From: Trichinella spiralis | Lineage: Eukaryota | NCBI RefSeq assembly: GCF_000181795.1 | Contig: NW_003526945.1 | Location: forward strand, 318,405-382,404 | Direction: 5' to 3' | DNA: 64,000 nt | Part shown: piece after piece, positions 1 through 11,993 of the stretch | Layout of the letters: each line of letters begins with the position of its first letter | How positions within the stretch are numbered: the first letter of the stretch is position 1 | The notes under the pieces: generated by a model | Told to the model about the DNA's origin: nothing | What the model saw: the letters and a program-made list of their open reading frames with translations, nothing else | Database searches by the model: none | Program-made: the position numbers and the translations under genes

Positions 1-2799
1 ACAAGGCGGCAGGCCTCTGGTACCGCAACCGGGAGAGGAAGAGGTGAGCTTTGAAAATATGGACTTTGATCATTTGATACGGTTAGGGTCGCGTCGTGCA
101 GTGTAACCCGTCGAACTCCTGCACACCACCCTATCTCACATTCCTCCTATCCTTGCACTGCTATTCTCAAACATTTACTTATTCTAATACTCAAACTATA
201 GCAGTGCTACAAACTCACTAAGCTCAAAAATTGTCCTTTGAAATGATCGACAAATTATTCAACCATTTCACTTTCCGCAAATGAACCCTAAACTCAACTC
301 GAAAGGCATGGGACATGAAAACGTTCAAATGCGGAAAGCCACTCATATTAATTATAATAATACTCATGATCTACATCCAGTTACTCTAATTAACAAACAA
401 TCATGCTCGATAACTTACAGCTCGAGTTTATATAGTTTACAGACTCAAGAGCTCCTCAGTGAAGTTTAACTAATTAGTCTAACTCAAAGAATTATACTTA
501 CCTAACTTACCCTTGTCTTTGGGATGTCTTCTTTTATCTTCTATTCTTCTGTATCTAAATGTAGAAGAATTAATTTAATGAAATAATGTTATAATATATA
601 AAAAACAAAGCCGTTTTTATTGTTCTTCTTCGTCCATCATCGTATATAAAACGCCATTGTTCATTCGACGCACACTGTTCGCCTACAATCATTTGAAATG
701 AATTTCTAGAGCAACTAATAGTAGCCTCAGGAAAATTTACATAAAGTTCATTTCTATTGATTATCAAGTATGAAACGTATTTCTCATTTCGTTGAACAAA
801 TAATATGCAGGCCGCGCATAAGCTCAAAAGCAAACAAATTGAAATTGCACTCAAATTTGCATTCAAACTAGACAACGCCCATGTTTGATAAGATAAGATT
901 CTTCTATATCTAATAACACACCTTACTCAGTAGTTGAAACAAAAATAGATGGAGCAAACATTATTCTAGGCTTCTGTTAGTCAACAAAGCCAATTTAACC
1001 GGTGCACTGCTATTACAAAGTTAATTTTCAAATGGCCCAATTGGCGTAAAAGACAGACACTGCGCACGTAGCCGTAAACGCCGGCTTATGTAAGTTGGAT
1101 ATGCTATTCAAATATGAATTACAACATAATGTCAACAAAAAATAAACAATGATTGAGCACACTGGTTGCGCTCTATGCCAAGCGTAATTAACTATGTAAA
1201 AATTTTGATTTATCTTGTGTCTTCATGGTGTAAAATCTAGAAAACAATATAAACTGAAAATAAAATTAAATTGAAAACGATGTGCGTATGAAAACACTAT
1301 TTTTCTGAACTGCATAACATATAACACTATACGCTTTGTTATATTCGACCTGTTTAGTGTTCAGATAAAGTTGTGTAAATTCAAAATTCTATCGTCTTCT
1401 TCATTTGAATCTAGATGATAACACTAAATAACAAAATGACATATGGATTTGTTCAAATCTTTCAACGTTGATCTGAATGTAATTGAGAATTCTGATTTAA
1501 AAGTATTTATTTCAAGTTTTACACGCGGTCAAATTGATAGTTTTTTAAATACTTAAACATACATGCATGCATAGCAAAACATCGGCAAAAAAAGATTCAG
1601 TATTGAAGTATTTCAGTATTCACCTGAATGAAGCATCGCTCATTTACAATTTAGTTACTCAACGCCATCGTTTATCGAACAGCACTCTGATAAAATAAGA
1701 ACTGTTGAAACTACCTATGCTTTTCTCTCATTCATGTATTACTCATTAACCTTATTATCATTAATTTGGCAATTTCAATAATGTATATTACTGTATTTTC
1801 AATTATTAATTCACATTTAGTGATTTTAGTTTCGATTTTCATATTAAAAGATGCATTTTCATGTCCGCACATTATCTCCCATATTTTTTTAATACATTGT
1901 GTTCTGTGCTCATGCAAGATAAAACCGTCGGCTGCAATTACGTCATTAATGTGAAATAGGAGTTGTGAAACATTGAAGATGTTGTGCAGCCTAGTCGGCT
2001 ATCATCAGCTACATTAATACCTGCAGATTTTCATACTTCAGATCTGCAGATTTTCATACTGCAGATATTGCTTGATTAATGATGCATGCATTCCACATAC
2101 ATTTGAATGCCGATTGTTATTTTTGCCTTTTGTTCTTGTGTTAGTAAAGCCAAAAGTCTAATGCTTTTCTGTCAAGATTCATATTCCCGCGTCAACCCAA
2201 CAAAAAGCTGAACTTGATGAACAGATTCAATTTTCCAGAAGCCGCCACAAATGCACTTCCTTTAAACGGCTTCCCTATCTTGTATCTATTTTTCCAAAAA
2301 ATATACCTACTTTCCCATGCGAAAATTTCAGTGTCAACGCGTTAATGGCTGTCATTATGACGCGGTCCATTTCTCTTGCTTGCCTGTTTCATTCCCATGT
2401 AAATCTTACACTAACACTAAAAGCCTCTTCTCCACCTTCCCCTGCTTGAACCTCCATTTAAGCAGTTAAATCCGTCATCCATCCACCACCCCTACTGTCA
2501 TCTCACACACAGGGTCAGACAGTCGATTTTTTATAATATTGCTGGAGGAAATGTCGCTCTCAGCGGCTTCCTTTGATTTCCTGATTTTTACGTCAATGCC
2601 ATTCTCATAAAGATCTGAAGGTGATTGAAATGGTACGTATTTTCTGATATTGAGGATGATGTAAGATAGAATGTCGTAATTCGTTTTGTGAAACCTGTGT
2701 CTCCCGAACCACACTGTACAAACAGAAATTTAATTGTAGGATAGAAGTGAAACTGAAAGTGTATAAATAGAGTTTTGCAATAACAATTTAATAGTAGTA

Positions 2800-5700
2800 G
2801 TAATGAATTTCAAGTCTGGGTGACCATATATTATAATATTTATGCAAATCACCACTTCATCATTGTTACTTGGCAAAAATGAATTCAAATAGATCATCAT
2901 GCGGGATATATAATGAGGTGAGGCAATTACAAAGATGGCAAATGGGAATGGAAGCAATGAAATGCTTAATTTTAGGAAAGCAAGCACATACAATGCTTTC
3001 GAACGAGAGAATTCAAAGTTAGAATATCTAAAATTCTATTTTTCATCAATAAAAAAATGATAAAAAGAAAAAAAGAATCCAAATATTGAAAAAACATTTT
3101 TCGCTGATTTTCGGAAAACAACCATATCTATAGGGAATGATATTTTGCAATTTACAAGAAACCAAAAATTCAGGGAATTGATTAATATCTACTGAAAACT
3201 ACTCTCTATGAACTTCAAATGCATCTGGAACCCTGGTAATTTCGTATTTCTAGAGAAAAACGCAAAAAATTAAAACTTGCATAGTATATAAAAGACGTCG
3301 AAACAGTAAAGAATGAAAAAAAGGATTACAAAATAAAAAATGGTACGGTTTCATTAATTTTTTGAACGCAACCATCAATTTTTTTACCCAAAAAAATAAA
3401 TGTTTTTTTACAAGAATTGTTCTTTACTTTCACTAATGTTACAAAAACTTTCAAATTTATAAATCGCTGTTGATAGAAATTTTTAATTGATTCCAAATTA
3501 GATATAAGTACTATCCAAAATTGGCAGATTAGAATGTTATTTTCGTGCAATATGCCAGTCTTTTTTTCTGAAAATTCCAAATCCTCAAACTGGCAACTTT
3601 ATGAAATTTCTCAAAAAACATCGATTCCGGGTTATTCCCAATTTACATACCTTCAACTGGCACAAAACTGCTTGCTCTTAACCCAAAACTATTTTGCAAT
3701 ACGCCGTAGTTTCTGATATGCGCAGATTAATTTCCACTGTACATATTGGTAGATTTCTCTAAAGATTCGAACAAATACCATGCATGAGTTCAATAATTTG
3801 ACATAAATTTTGAATTTATTTAATTTCATATCAATTGTAATGAATTTCAACTCTGGGCGACCACATATTATACTGATTATGCAAATCGTTATTGCGTCGT
3901 TGTTAGTAAGCAAAAGTAAATTCAAATAGCCACTCATGTTGGATATATTAGGAGTTTAATCAATGACAAAGATGGTAAACGGGATTGGGTGCAAGGAAAT
4001 GTTTACTTTTTGTCAAGGTAAACACTTAAAACACTTTCGTTTTGAATGGCAGCAAATTAATGATAATTTAACAGCAGTAATTTCAGAAATTCAACTAAAT
4101 TAATATTAAAAAATATATATTAGTAAAAATCGAACAAATTTCATGCCAGAAATGTATAATGTGCAGAAACTGGAAGTCTCGGGTTCCGTTGAAAAACACT
4201 TACTAATGGGCGACTATCATATGTATTAAAATAGGAAGTACTTCAACTTTTGAAACCATTTATTCCACAGCTACTGGAATGTTCAATGTTAAAGTCTCCA
4301 AAACAATAACTTTCATCATCAAAAAATGATAAAAATAAAAGAAATCCAAATATTATGAAAACCCTTTCCGCGTTTTTCTGCAAAACCAAACAAGTCTGTG
4401 ATCCGTGAAATTTTGCAATTTTCGAGAAATCTTTTTTAATCTAAAATTAAGGCAATTGATTTATACCTTTTGAAAATTATTTGCTATTTACTTTAAATGC
4501 ACATGGACCCCTAGTGATGGCGTATTTGTTGAGATATACGGAAAAAACTATGGCATGTATATGGTTTTAAATGAGTTGAAATAATAAGGAATGAAAAAGG
4601 AATGTTTACAAAATGCGAATACGGTATGGTTTCATTAATTTTTTGAACGCAACCATCAGTTTTTTTACCCAAAAAAATAAATGTTTTTTTACAAGAATTG
4701 TTCTTGATTTTCATTAATGTTACAAAAACTTTCAAATTTATAAACCGCTGTTGACAGAAATTTTTAATTGATTCCAAATTAGATATAAGTACTATCAAAA
4801 ATTGGCAGATTAGAATGTTATTTTCGTGCAATATGCCAGTCTTTTTTTTCTGAAAATTCCAAATCCTCAAACTGGCAGCTTTATGAAATTTCTCAAAAAA
4901 TCATCGATTGCGGGTTATTCCCAATTAACATACCTTCAACTGGCACAAAACTGCTTGCTCTTAACCCAAAACTATTTTGCAATACGCCGTAGTTTCTGAT
5001 ATGCGCAGATTAATTTCCACTGTACATATTGGTAGATTTCTCTAAAGATTCGAACAAATACCATGCATGAGTTCAATAATTTGACATAAATTTTGAATTT
5101 ATTTAATTTCATATCAATTGTAATGAATTTCAACTCTGGGCGACCACATATTATACTGATTATGCAAATCTTTATTGCATCGTTGATAGTAAGCAAAAGT
5201 AAATTCACATAGCCACACATGTTGGATGTACAAGGAGCTTAATCAATGACAAAGATGGTAAAAGCGCTTGGATGCAATGAAATGTTTACTTTTTGTCAAA
5301 GTAAACACTTACAACGTTTTCGTTTTGATTCTAGCAATTAATGATAATTTAACAGCAGTAAGTACTAAAATTCAATTAAATATATAGTAAAATAATATAT
5401 ATTAGTAAAAATCGAAAAAATTCGATGCCAAAAATGCATCATGTGCAGAAAATCGTAACCATTCCGGCGCTTCGAAGACAGTTACTGATGGGCAACATCC
5501 CTGTGTTAAAATAGGCAGAAGTTCAACTTTAGAACCTGTTTATTCCAATACTACTAGGCAAAGTCTCAAAAACAATTACTTTCATCAATAAAAAATTATA
5601 AAGATTTTTAAAAAAGTCCAAATATTGAAAAAACATTTTTCGCCGATTTTCGGAAAACAACCATATCTATAGGGAATGATATTTGGCAATTTACAAGAAA

Positions 5701-8700
5701 CCAAAAATTCAGGGAATTGATTAATATCTACTGAAAACTACTCTCTATGAACTTCAAATGCATCTGGAACCCTGGTAATTTCGTATTTCTAGAGAAAAAC
5801 GCAAAAAATTAAAACTTGCATAGTATATAAAAGACGTCGAAACAGTAAAGAATGAAAAAAAGGTTTACAAAATAAAAAATGGTACGGTTTCATTAATTTT
5901 TTGAACGCAACCATCAATTTTTTTACCCAAAAAAATAAATGTTTTTTTACAAGAATTGTTCTTGACTTTCATTAATGTTACAAAAACTTTCAAAATTATA
6001 AACCGTTGTTGACAGAAATTTTTAATTGATTGCCAATTAGATATAAGTACTATCCAAAATTAGCAGATTAGAATGTTATTTTCGTGCAATATGCCAGTCT
6101 TTTTTTTCTAAAAATTCCAAATCCTCAAACCGGCCAGTTTATCAAATTTCTCAAAAAATCATCGATTGCGGGTTATTCCAAATTTGCATACCTTCAATTG
6201 GCACAAAACTGCTTGCTTTTGACATAAAACTATTTTGCAATACGCCGTAGTTTCTGATATGCTCAGAATAATTTCCACTGTACATATTGGTAGATTTCTC
6301 TAAAGATTCGAATAAATACCATGCATGAGTTCAATAATTTGACATAAATTTTGAATTTATTTAATTTCATAGCAATTGTAATGAATTTCAACTCTGGGCG
6401 ACCACATATTATACTGATTATGCAAATCGTTATTGCGTCGTTGTTAGTAAGCAAAAGTAAATTCAAATAGCCACTCATGTTGGATATATTAGGAGTTTAA
6501 TCAATGACAAAGATGGTAAACGGGATTGGATGCAATGAAATGTTTACTTTTTGTCAAGGTAAACACTTAAAACACTTTCGTTTTGAATGGCAGCAAATTA
6601 ATGATAATTTAACAGCAGTAATTTCAGAAATTCAACTAAATTGATCTTAAAAAACATATATTAGTGAAAATCGAACAGATTTCATGCCAAAAATGTATCA
6701 TGTGCAGAAACTTGCAGTCTCCGGTTCCGTTGAAAAACAGTTACTAATGGGCGACTATCGTATGTATTAACATAGGAAGGAATTCAACTTTTGAAACCAT
6801 TTATTCCACAAGTACAGGAAATTTCAAAGTTAAAGTCTCTTAAATACTAATTTTCATCAATAAAAAATTACGAAAATAAAAACAAAGTCCAAATATTGAG
6901 AAAACGTTTTTCTCTGATTTTCGCAAAAACAAGCAAGTCTATAGTCCATGAAATTTTGCAATTTTCGAGAAACATTTTTAAATCCAGAAATTAAAGCAAT
7001 TGATTTATACCTTTTTAAAATTATTTGCTGTCTACTTTAAATGGACATGGATCCCTAGTGATGGGGTATTTATTGAGATATACGCAAAAAACTAACACAT
7101 GGATAGTGTTTTAAATGCGACGAAATAATAAGGAATGAAAAAGGAATGTTAACAAAATGGGAATACGGTATGGTTTCATTAATTTTTTCAACGCACCCAT
7201 CAATTTTTTTACCCAAAAAAATAAATGTTTTTTTACAAGAATTGTTCTTGACTTTCATTAATGTTACAAAAACTTTCAAAATTATAAACCGTTGTTGACA
7301 GAAATTTTTAATTGATTGCCAATTAGATATAAGTACTATCCAAAATTAGCAGATTAGAATGTTATTTTCGTGCAATATGCCAGTCTTTTTTTTCTAAAAA
7401 TTCCAAATCCTCAAACCGGCCAGTTTATCAAATTTCTCAAAAAATCATCGATTGCGGGTTATTCCAAATTTGCATACCTTCAATTGGCACAAAACTGCTT
7501 GCTTTTGACATAAAACTATTTTGCAATACGCCGTAGTTTCTGATATGCTCAGAATAATTTCCACTGTACATATTGGTAGATTTCTCTAAAGATTCGAATA
7601 AATACCATGCATGAGTTCAATAATTTGACATAAATTTTGAATTTATTTAATTTCATAGCAATTGTAATGAATTTCAACTCTGGGCGACCACATAATTATA
7701 ACTGGATTATGCAAAACCTTATTGCCTCCTTGGTAATAAACCAAAATAAAATTCCAAATAACCAACTCATGTTGGATATAATTAAGAATTTTAATTCAAT
7801 GACAAAGATGGTAAACGGGATGGATGCAATGAAATGTTTACTTTTTGTCAAGGTAACACTTAAACACTTTCGTTTTGAATGGCAGCAAATTATGATAATT
7901 TAACAGCAGTAANNNNNNNNNNACTCTGGGCGACCACATATTATACTGATTATGCAAATCGTTATTGCGTCGTTGTTAGTAAGCAAAAGTAAATTCAAAT
8001 AGCCACTCATGTTGGATATATTAGGAGTTTAATCAATGACAAAGATGGTAAACGGGATTAGATGCAATGAAATGTTTACTTTTTTGTCAAGGTAAACACT
8101 TAAAACACTTTCGTTTTGAATGGCAGCAAATTAATGATAATTTAACAGCAGTAATTTCAGAAATTCAACTAAATTGATCTTAAAAAACATATATTAGTGA
8201 AAATCGAACAGATTTCATGCCAAAAATGTATCATGTGCAGAAACTTGCAGTCTCCGGTTCCGTTGAAAAACAGTTACTAATGGGCGACTATCGTATGTAT
8301 TAACATAGGAAGGAATTCAACTTTTGAAACCATTTATTCCACAAGTACAGGAAATTTCAAAGTTAAAGTCTCTTAAATACTAATTTTCATCAATAAAAAA
8401 TTACGAAAATAAAAACAAAGTCCAAATATTGAGAAAACGTTTTTCTCTGATTTTCGCAAAAACAAACAAGTCTATAGTCCATGAAATTTTGCAATTTTCG
8501 AGAAACATTTTTAAATCCAGAAATTAAAGCAATTGATTTATATCTTTTTAAAATTATTTGCTGTCTACTTTAAATGGACATGGATCCCTAGTGATGGGGT
8601 ATTTATTGAGATATACGCAAAAAACTAACACATGAATAGTGTTTTACATGCGACGAAATAATAAGGAATGAAAAAGGAATGTTAACAAAATGGGAATACG

Positions 8701-11180
8701 GTATGGTTTCATTAATTTTTTCAACGCACCCATCAATTTTTTTACCCAAAAAAATAAATGTTTTTTTACAAGAATTGTTCTTGACTTTCATTAATGTTAC
8801 AAAAACTTTCAAAATTATAAACCGTTGTTGAAAGAAATTTTTAATTGATTGCCAATTAGATATAAGTACTATCCAAAATTAGCAGATTAGAATGTTATTT
8901 TCGTGCAATATGCCAGTCTTTTTTTTCTAAAAATTCCAAATCCACAAACCGGCNNNNNNNNNNAAAAAACTTTCCAAATTATAAACCCGTTGTGGACAGA
9001 AATTTTTTATGGATGCCAATTAGTTTAAGTGCTATCCAAAATTGGCAGGTTTAGAAGTGTTATTTTCGGTGCAATTAGCCCAGTTTTTTTTTCTTAAAAA
9101 TTTCCAAAATCCTTCAAACCGGGCCCAGTTTTATCAAAATTTCTCAAAAAAATCATGGATTGCGGGTTTTTTCCAAAATTTGCATTCCCTTCAATTGGCA
9201 CAAAAACTGCTTGCTTTTGACCAAAAAATTATTTGCAATACGCCGTAGTTTTGATATGTTGAAATAATTTTCCACCTGTACATATTGGTAGATTTCTCTA
9301 AAGATTTCGAATAAATACCATGCATGAGTTCAATAATTTGACATAAATTTTGAATTTATTTAATTTCATAGCAATTGTAATGAATTTCAACTCTGGGCGA
9401 CCACATATTATACTGATTATGCAAATCGTTATTGCGTCGTTGTTAGTAAGCAAAAGTAAATTCAAATAGCCACTCATGTTGGATATATTAGGAGTTTAAT
9501 CAATGACAAAGATGGTAAACGGGATTGGATGCAATGAAATGTTTACTTTTTGTCAAGGTAAACACTTAAAACACTTTCGTTTTGAATGGCAGCAAATTAA
9601 TGATAATTTAACAGCAGTAATTTCAGAAATTCAACTAAATTGATCTTAAAAAACATATATTAGTGAAAATCGAACAGATTTCATGCCAAAAATGTATCAT
9701 GTGCAGAAACTTGCAGTCTCCGGTTCCGTTGAAAAACAGTTACTAATGGGCGACTATCGTATGTATTAACATAGGAAGGAATTCAACTTTTGAAACCATT
9801 TATTCCACAAGTACAGGAAATTTCAAAGTTAAAGTCTCTTAAATACTAATTTTCATCAATAAAAAATTACGAAAATAAAAACAAAGTCCAAATATTGAGA
9901 AAACGTTTTTCTCTGATTTTCGCAAAAACAAACAAGTCTATAGTCCATGAAATTTTGCAATTTTCGAGAAACATTTTTAAATCCAGAAATTAAAGCAATT
10001 GATTTATATCTTTTTAAAATTATTTGCTGTCTACTTTAAATGGACATGGATCCCTAGTGATGGGGTATTTATTGAGATATACGCAAAAAACTAACACATG
10101 AATAGTGTTTTAAATGCGACGAAATAATAAGGAATGAAAAAGGAATGTTAACAAAATGGGAATACGGTATGGTTTCATTAATTTTTTCAACGCACCCATC
10201 AATTTTTTTACCCAAAAAAATAAATGTTTTTTTACAAGAATTGTTCTTGACTTTCATTAATGTTACAAAAACTTTCAAAATTATAAACCGTTGTTGACAG
10301 AAATTTTTAATTGATTGCCAATTAGATATAAGTACTATCCAAAATTAGCAGATTAGAATGTTATTTTCGTGCAATATGCCAGTCTTTTTTTTCTAAAAAT
10401 TCCAAATCCTCAAACCGGCCAGTTTATCAAATTTCTCAAAAAATCATCGATTGCGGGTTATTCCAAATTTGCATACCTTCAATTGGCACAAAACTGCTTG
10501 CTTTTGACATAAAACTATTTTGCAATACGCCGTAGTTTCTGATATGCTCAGAATAATTTCCACTGTACATATTGGTAGATTTCTCTAAAGATTCGAATAA
10601 ATACCATGCATGAGTTCAATAATTTGACATAAATTTTGAATTTATTTAATTTCATAGCAATTGTAATGAATTTCAACTCTGGGCGACCACATATTATACT
10701 GATTATGCAAATCGTTATTGCGTCGTTGTTAGTAAGCAAAAGTAAATTCAAATAGCCACTCATGTTGGATATATTAGGAGTTTAATCAATGACAAAGATG
10801 GTAAACGGGATTGGATGCAATGAAATGTTTACTTTTTGTCAAGGTAAGCACTTAAAACACTTTCGTTTTGAATGGCAGCAAATTAATGATAATTATAACA
10901 GCAGTAATTTCAGAAATTCAACTAAATTGATCTTAAAAAACATATATTAGTGAAAATCGAACAGATTTCATGCCAAAAATGTATCATGTGCAGAAACTTG
11001 CAGTCTCCGGTTCCGTTGAAAAACAGTTACTAATGGGCGACTATCGTATGTATTAACATAGGGAGGACTTCAACTTTTGAGACCATTTATTCCACAAGTA
11101 CTGGAAAGTTCCAAGTTAAAATCTCCAAAACACTGTCTTCTATGAATATAAAACTATAACAATGAAAAAAAGTGCCAAAA
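2800..11180. repeat. Tandem macrosatellite-like array, unit ~1.26-1.29 kb, about 6-7 units as assembled plus a diverged, deleted left-edge unit
   Basis: Anchor CTCTGGGCGACCACAT recurs at about 3851, 5134, 6392, 7678, 7924, 9391 and 10677 (spacings 1283, 1258, 1286, and 1286 in the gap-free parts). A diverged version (GTCTGGGTGACCATAT) lies at ~2814. Near-identical short ORFs recur in the ORF track. N gaps at 7913-7922 and 8954-8963. Confidence 0.95.
7913..8963. other. Two 10-N assembly gaps (7913-7922 and 8954-8963) with indel-rich, low-quality flanks
   Basis: N runs are visible. Sequence at ~7690-7912 and ~8964-9310 shows many single-base indels relative to sister repeat units, and the sequence after each gap restarts inside a part of the unit already read. 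Confidence 0.9.
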
Positions 11181-11993
11181 CACGATACTCTTCCAGGCAA
11201 ATGGTCAAATGTACAGTTCGTATGGTAAAATGCAAAAGTGGCAATCACAAATTCACCACTACCAATTATCTGTGGCAATAAATAGGTGCATAATGGACAT
11301 CGCTTTCCCAGTTCTTATTGGTGAGATAACCTGCTGACTGTTTGTCTCACATACACTGTTAATAACAGTGACTCTTGAAGAAACGTCAAGAAGATTTAAG
11401 AGTACTGACAGATGCTCATGAAACATATCGTATTTATTTTTGGGGTTGGCACATTGTTTGAGTAATCTGGTCTATAAAATCCACAGATAGTTTATCGGAG
11501 ATTCCGTAATGTATATGAATATGGACCACGTTCAGAAATAATCAATGTGGTAACGTGAGAGCATTTGAACTATTACGAACGCGTGGATTATTTCAGCATA
11601 ATCATTAAAAAAAGTGTTGTGTGTCTACATATGTAGACAGGTTCCAGTAATATGAATAGTAAACGTGAAACAACAATCGTTTAAAATCATTGATCAAAAA
11701 AATTAGCTGTGGAGATAGAGCAAAAAAATTTTCAAAATTTCGGAATTAATAAGGCTAATTATTTTTATTTAAAGCACTTGCACTGTTCCAAATATTGTTT
11801 TTCCACATGTGTAGACAGGTGCCCGGATTATTGTTAATAATTATTATCGCATAATATTAAAGTTTGAAAATTGATGGAATTGTGTGAAACATGACATGGC
11901 CTACTAATTTTAGCAGTCAGTTTCTCGATATGAAGAATAATTAATTGCAACTTTCTTTTTCAATCAAAATTATCAAAGGAAAAATTTTATTTC

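Noticed and set aside
1..106. Possible C-terminal end of a plus-strand ORF (QGGRPLVPQPGEEEVSFENMDFDHLIRLGSRRAV*)
   Set aside because: Truncated by the window edge, only 34 codons, and no recognisable motif.
494..503. ATACTTACCT, identical to the 5' end of U1 snRNA
   Set aside because: The downstream sequence has no U1 stem-loops or Sm site. It is equally just a minus-strand donor consensus.
570..2714. Short ORFs at 570-875, 1732-1954 and 2475-2714
   Set aside because: No recognisable domain or consistent exon chain; likely chance ORFs or decayed sequence.
3326..10763. Recurrent 70-120 aa minus-strand ORFs in the array as a tandem gene family
   Set aside because: Their ends and frames vary between units, they are I/F/K/N-rich as expected from AT-rich DNA, and differences show no synonymous bias.
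2800..11180. Array as CRISPR, 5S rDNA or a histone cluster
   Set aside because: Eukaryotic context, no short repeat-spacer structure, and no 5S or histone sequence recognised in the unit.
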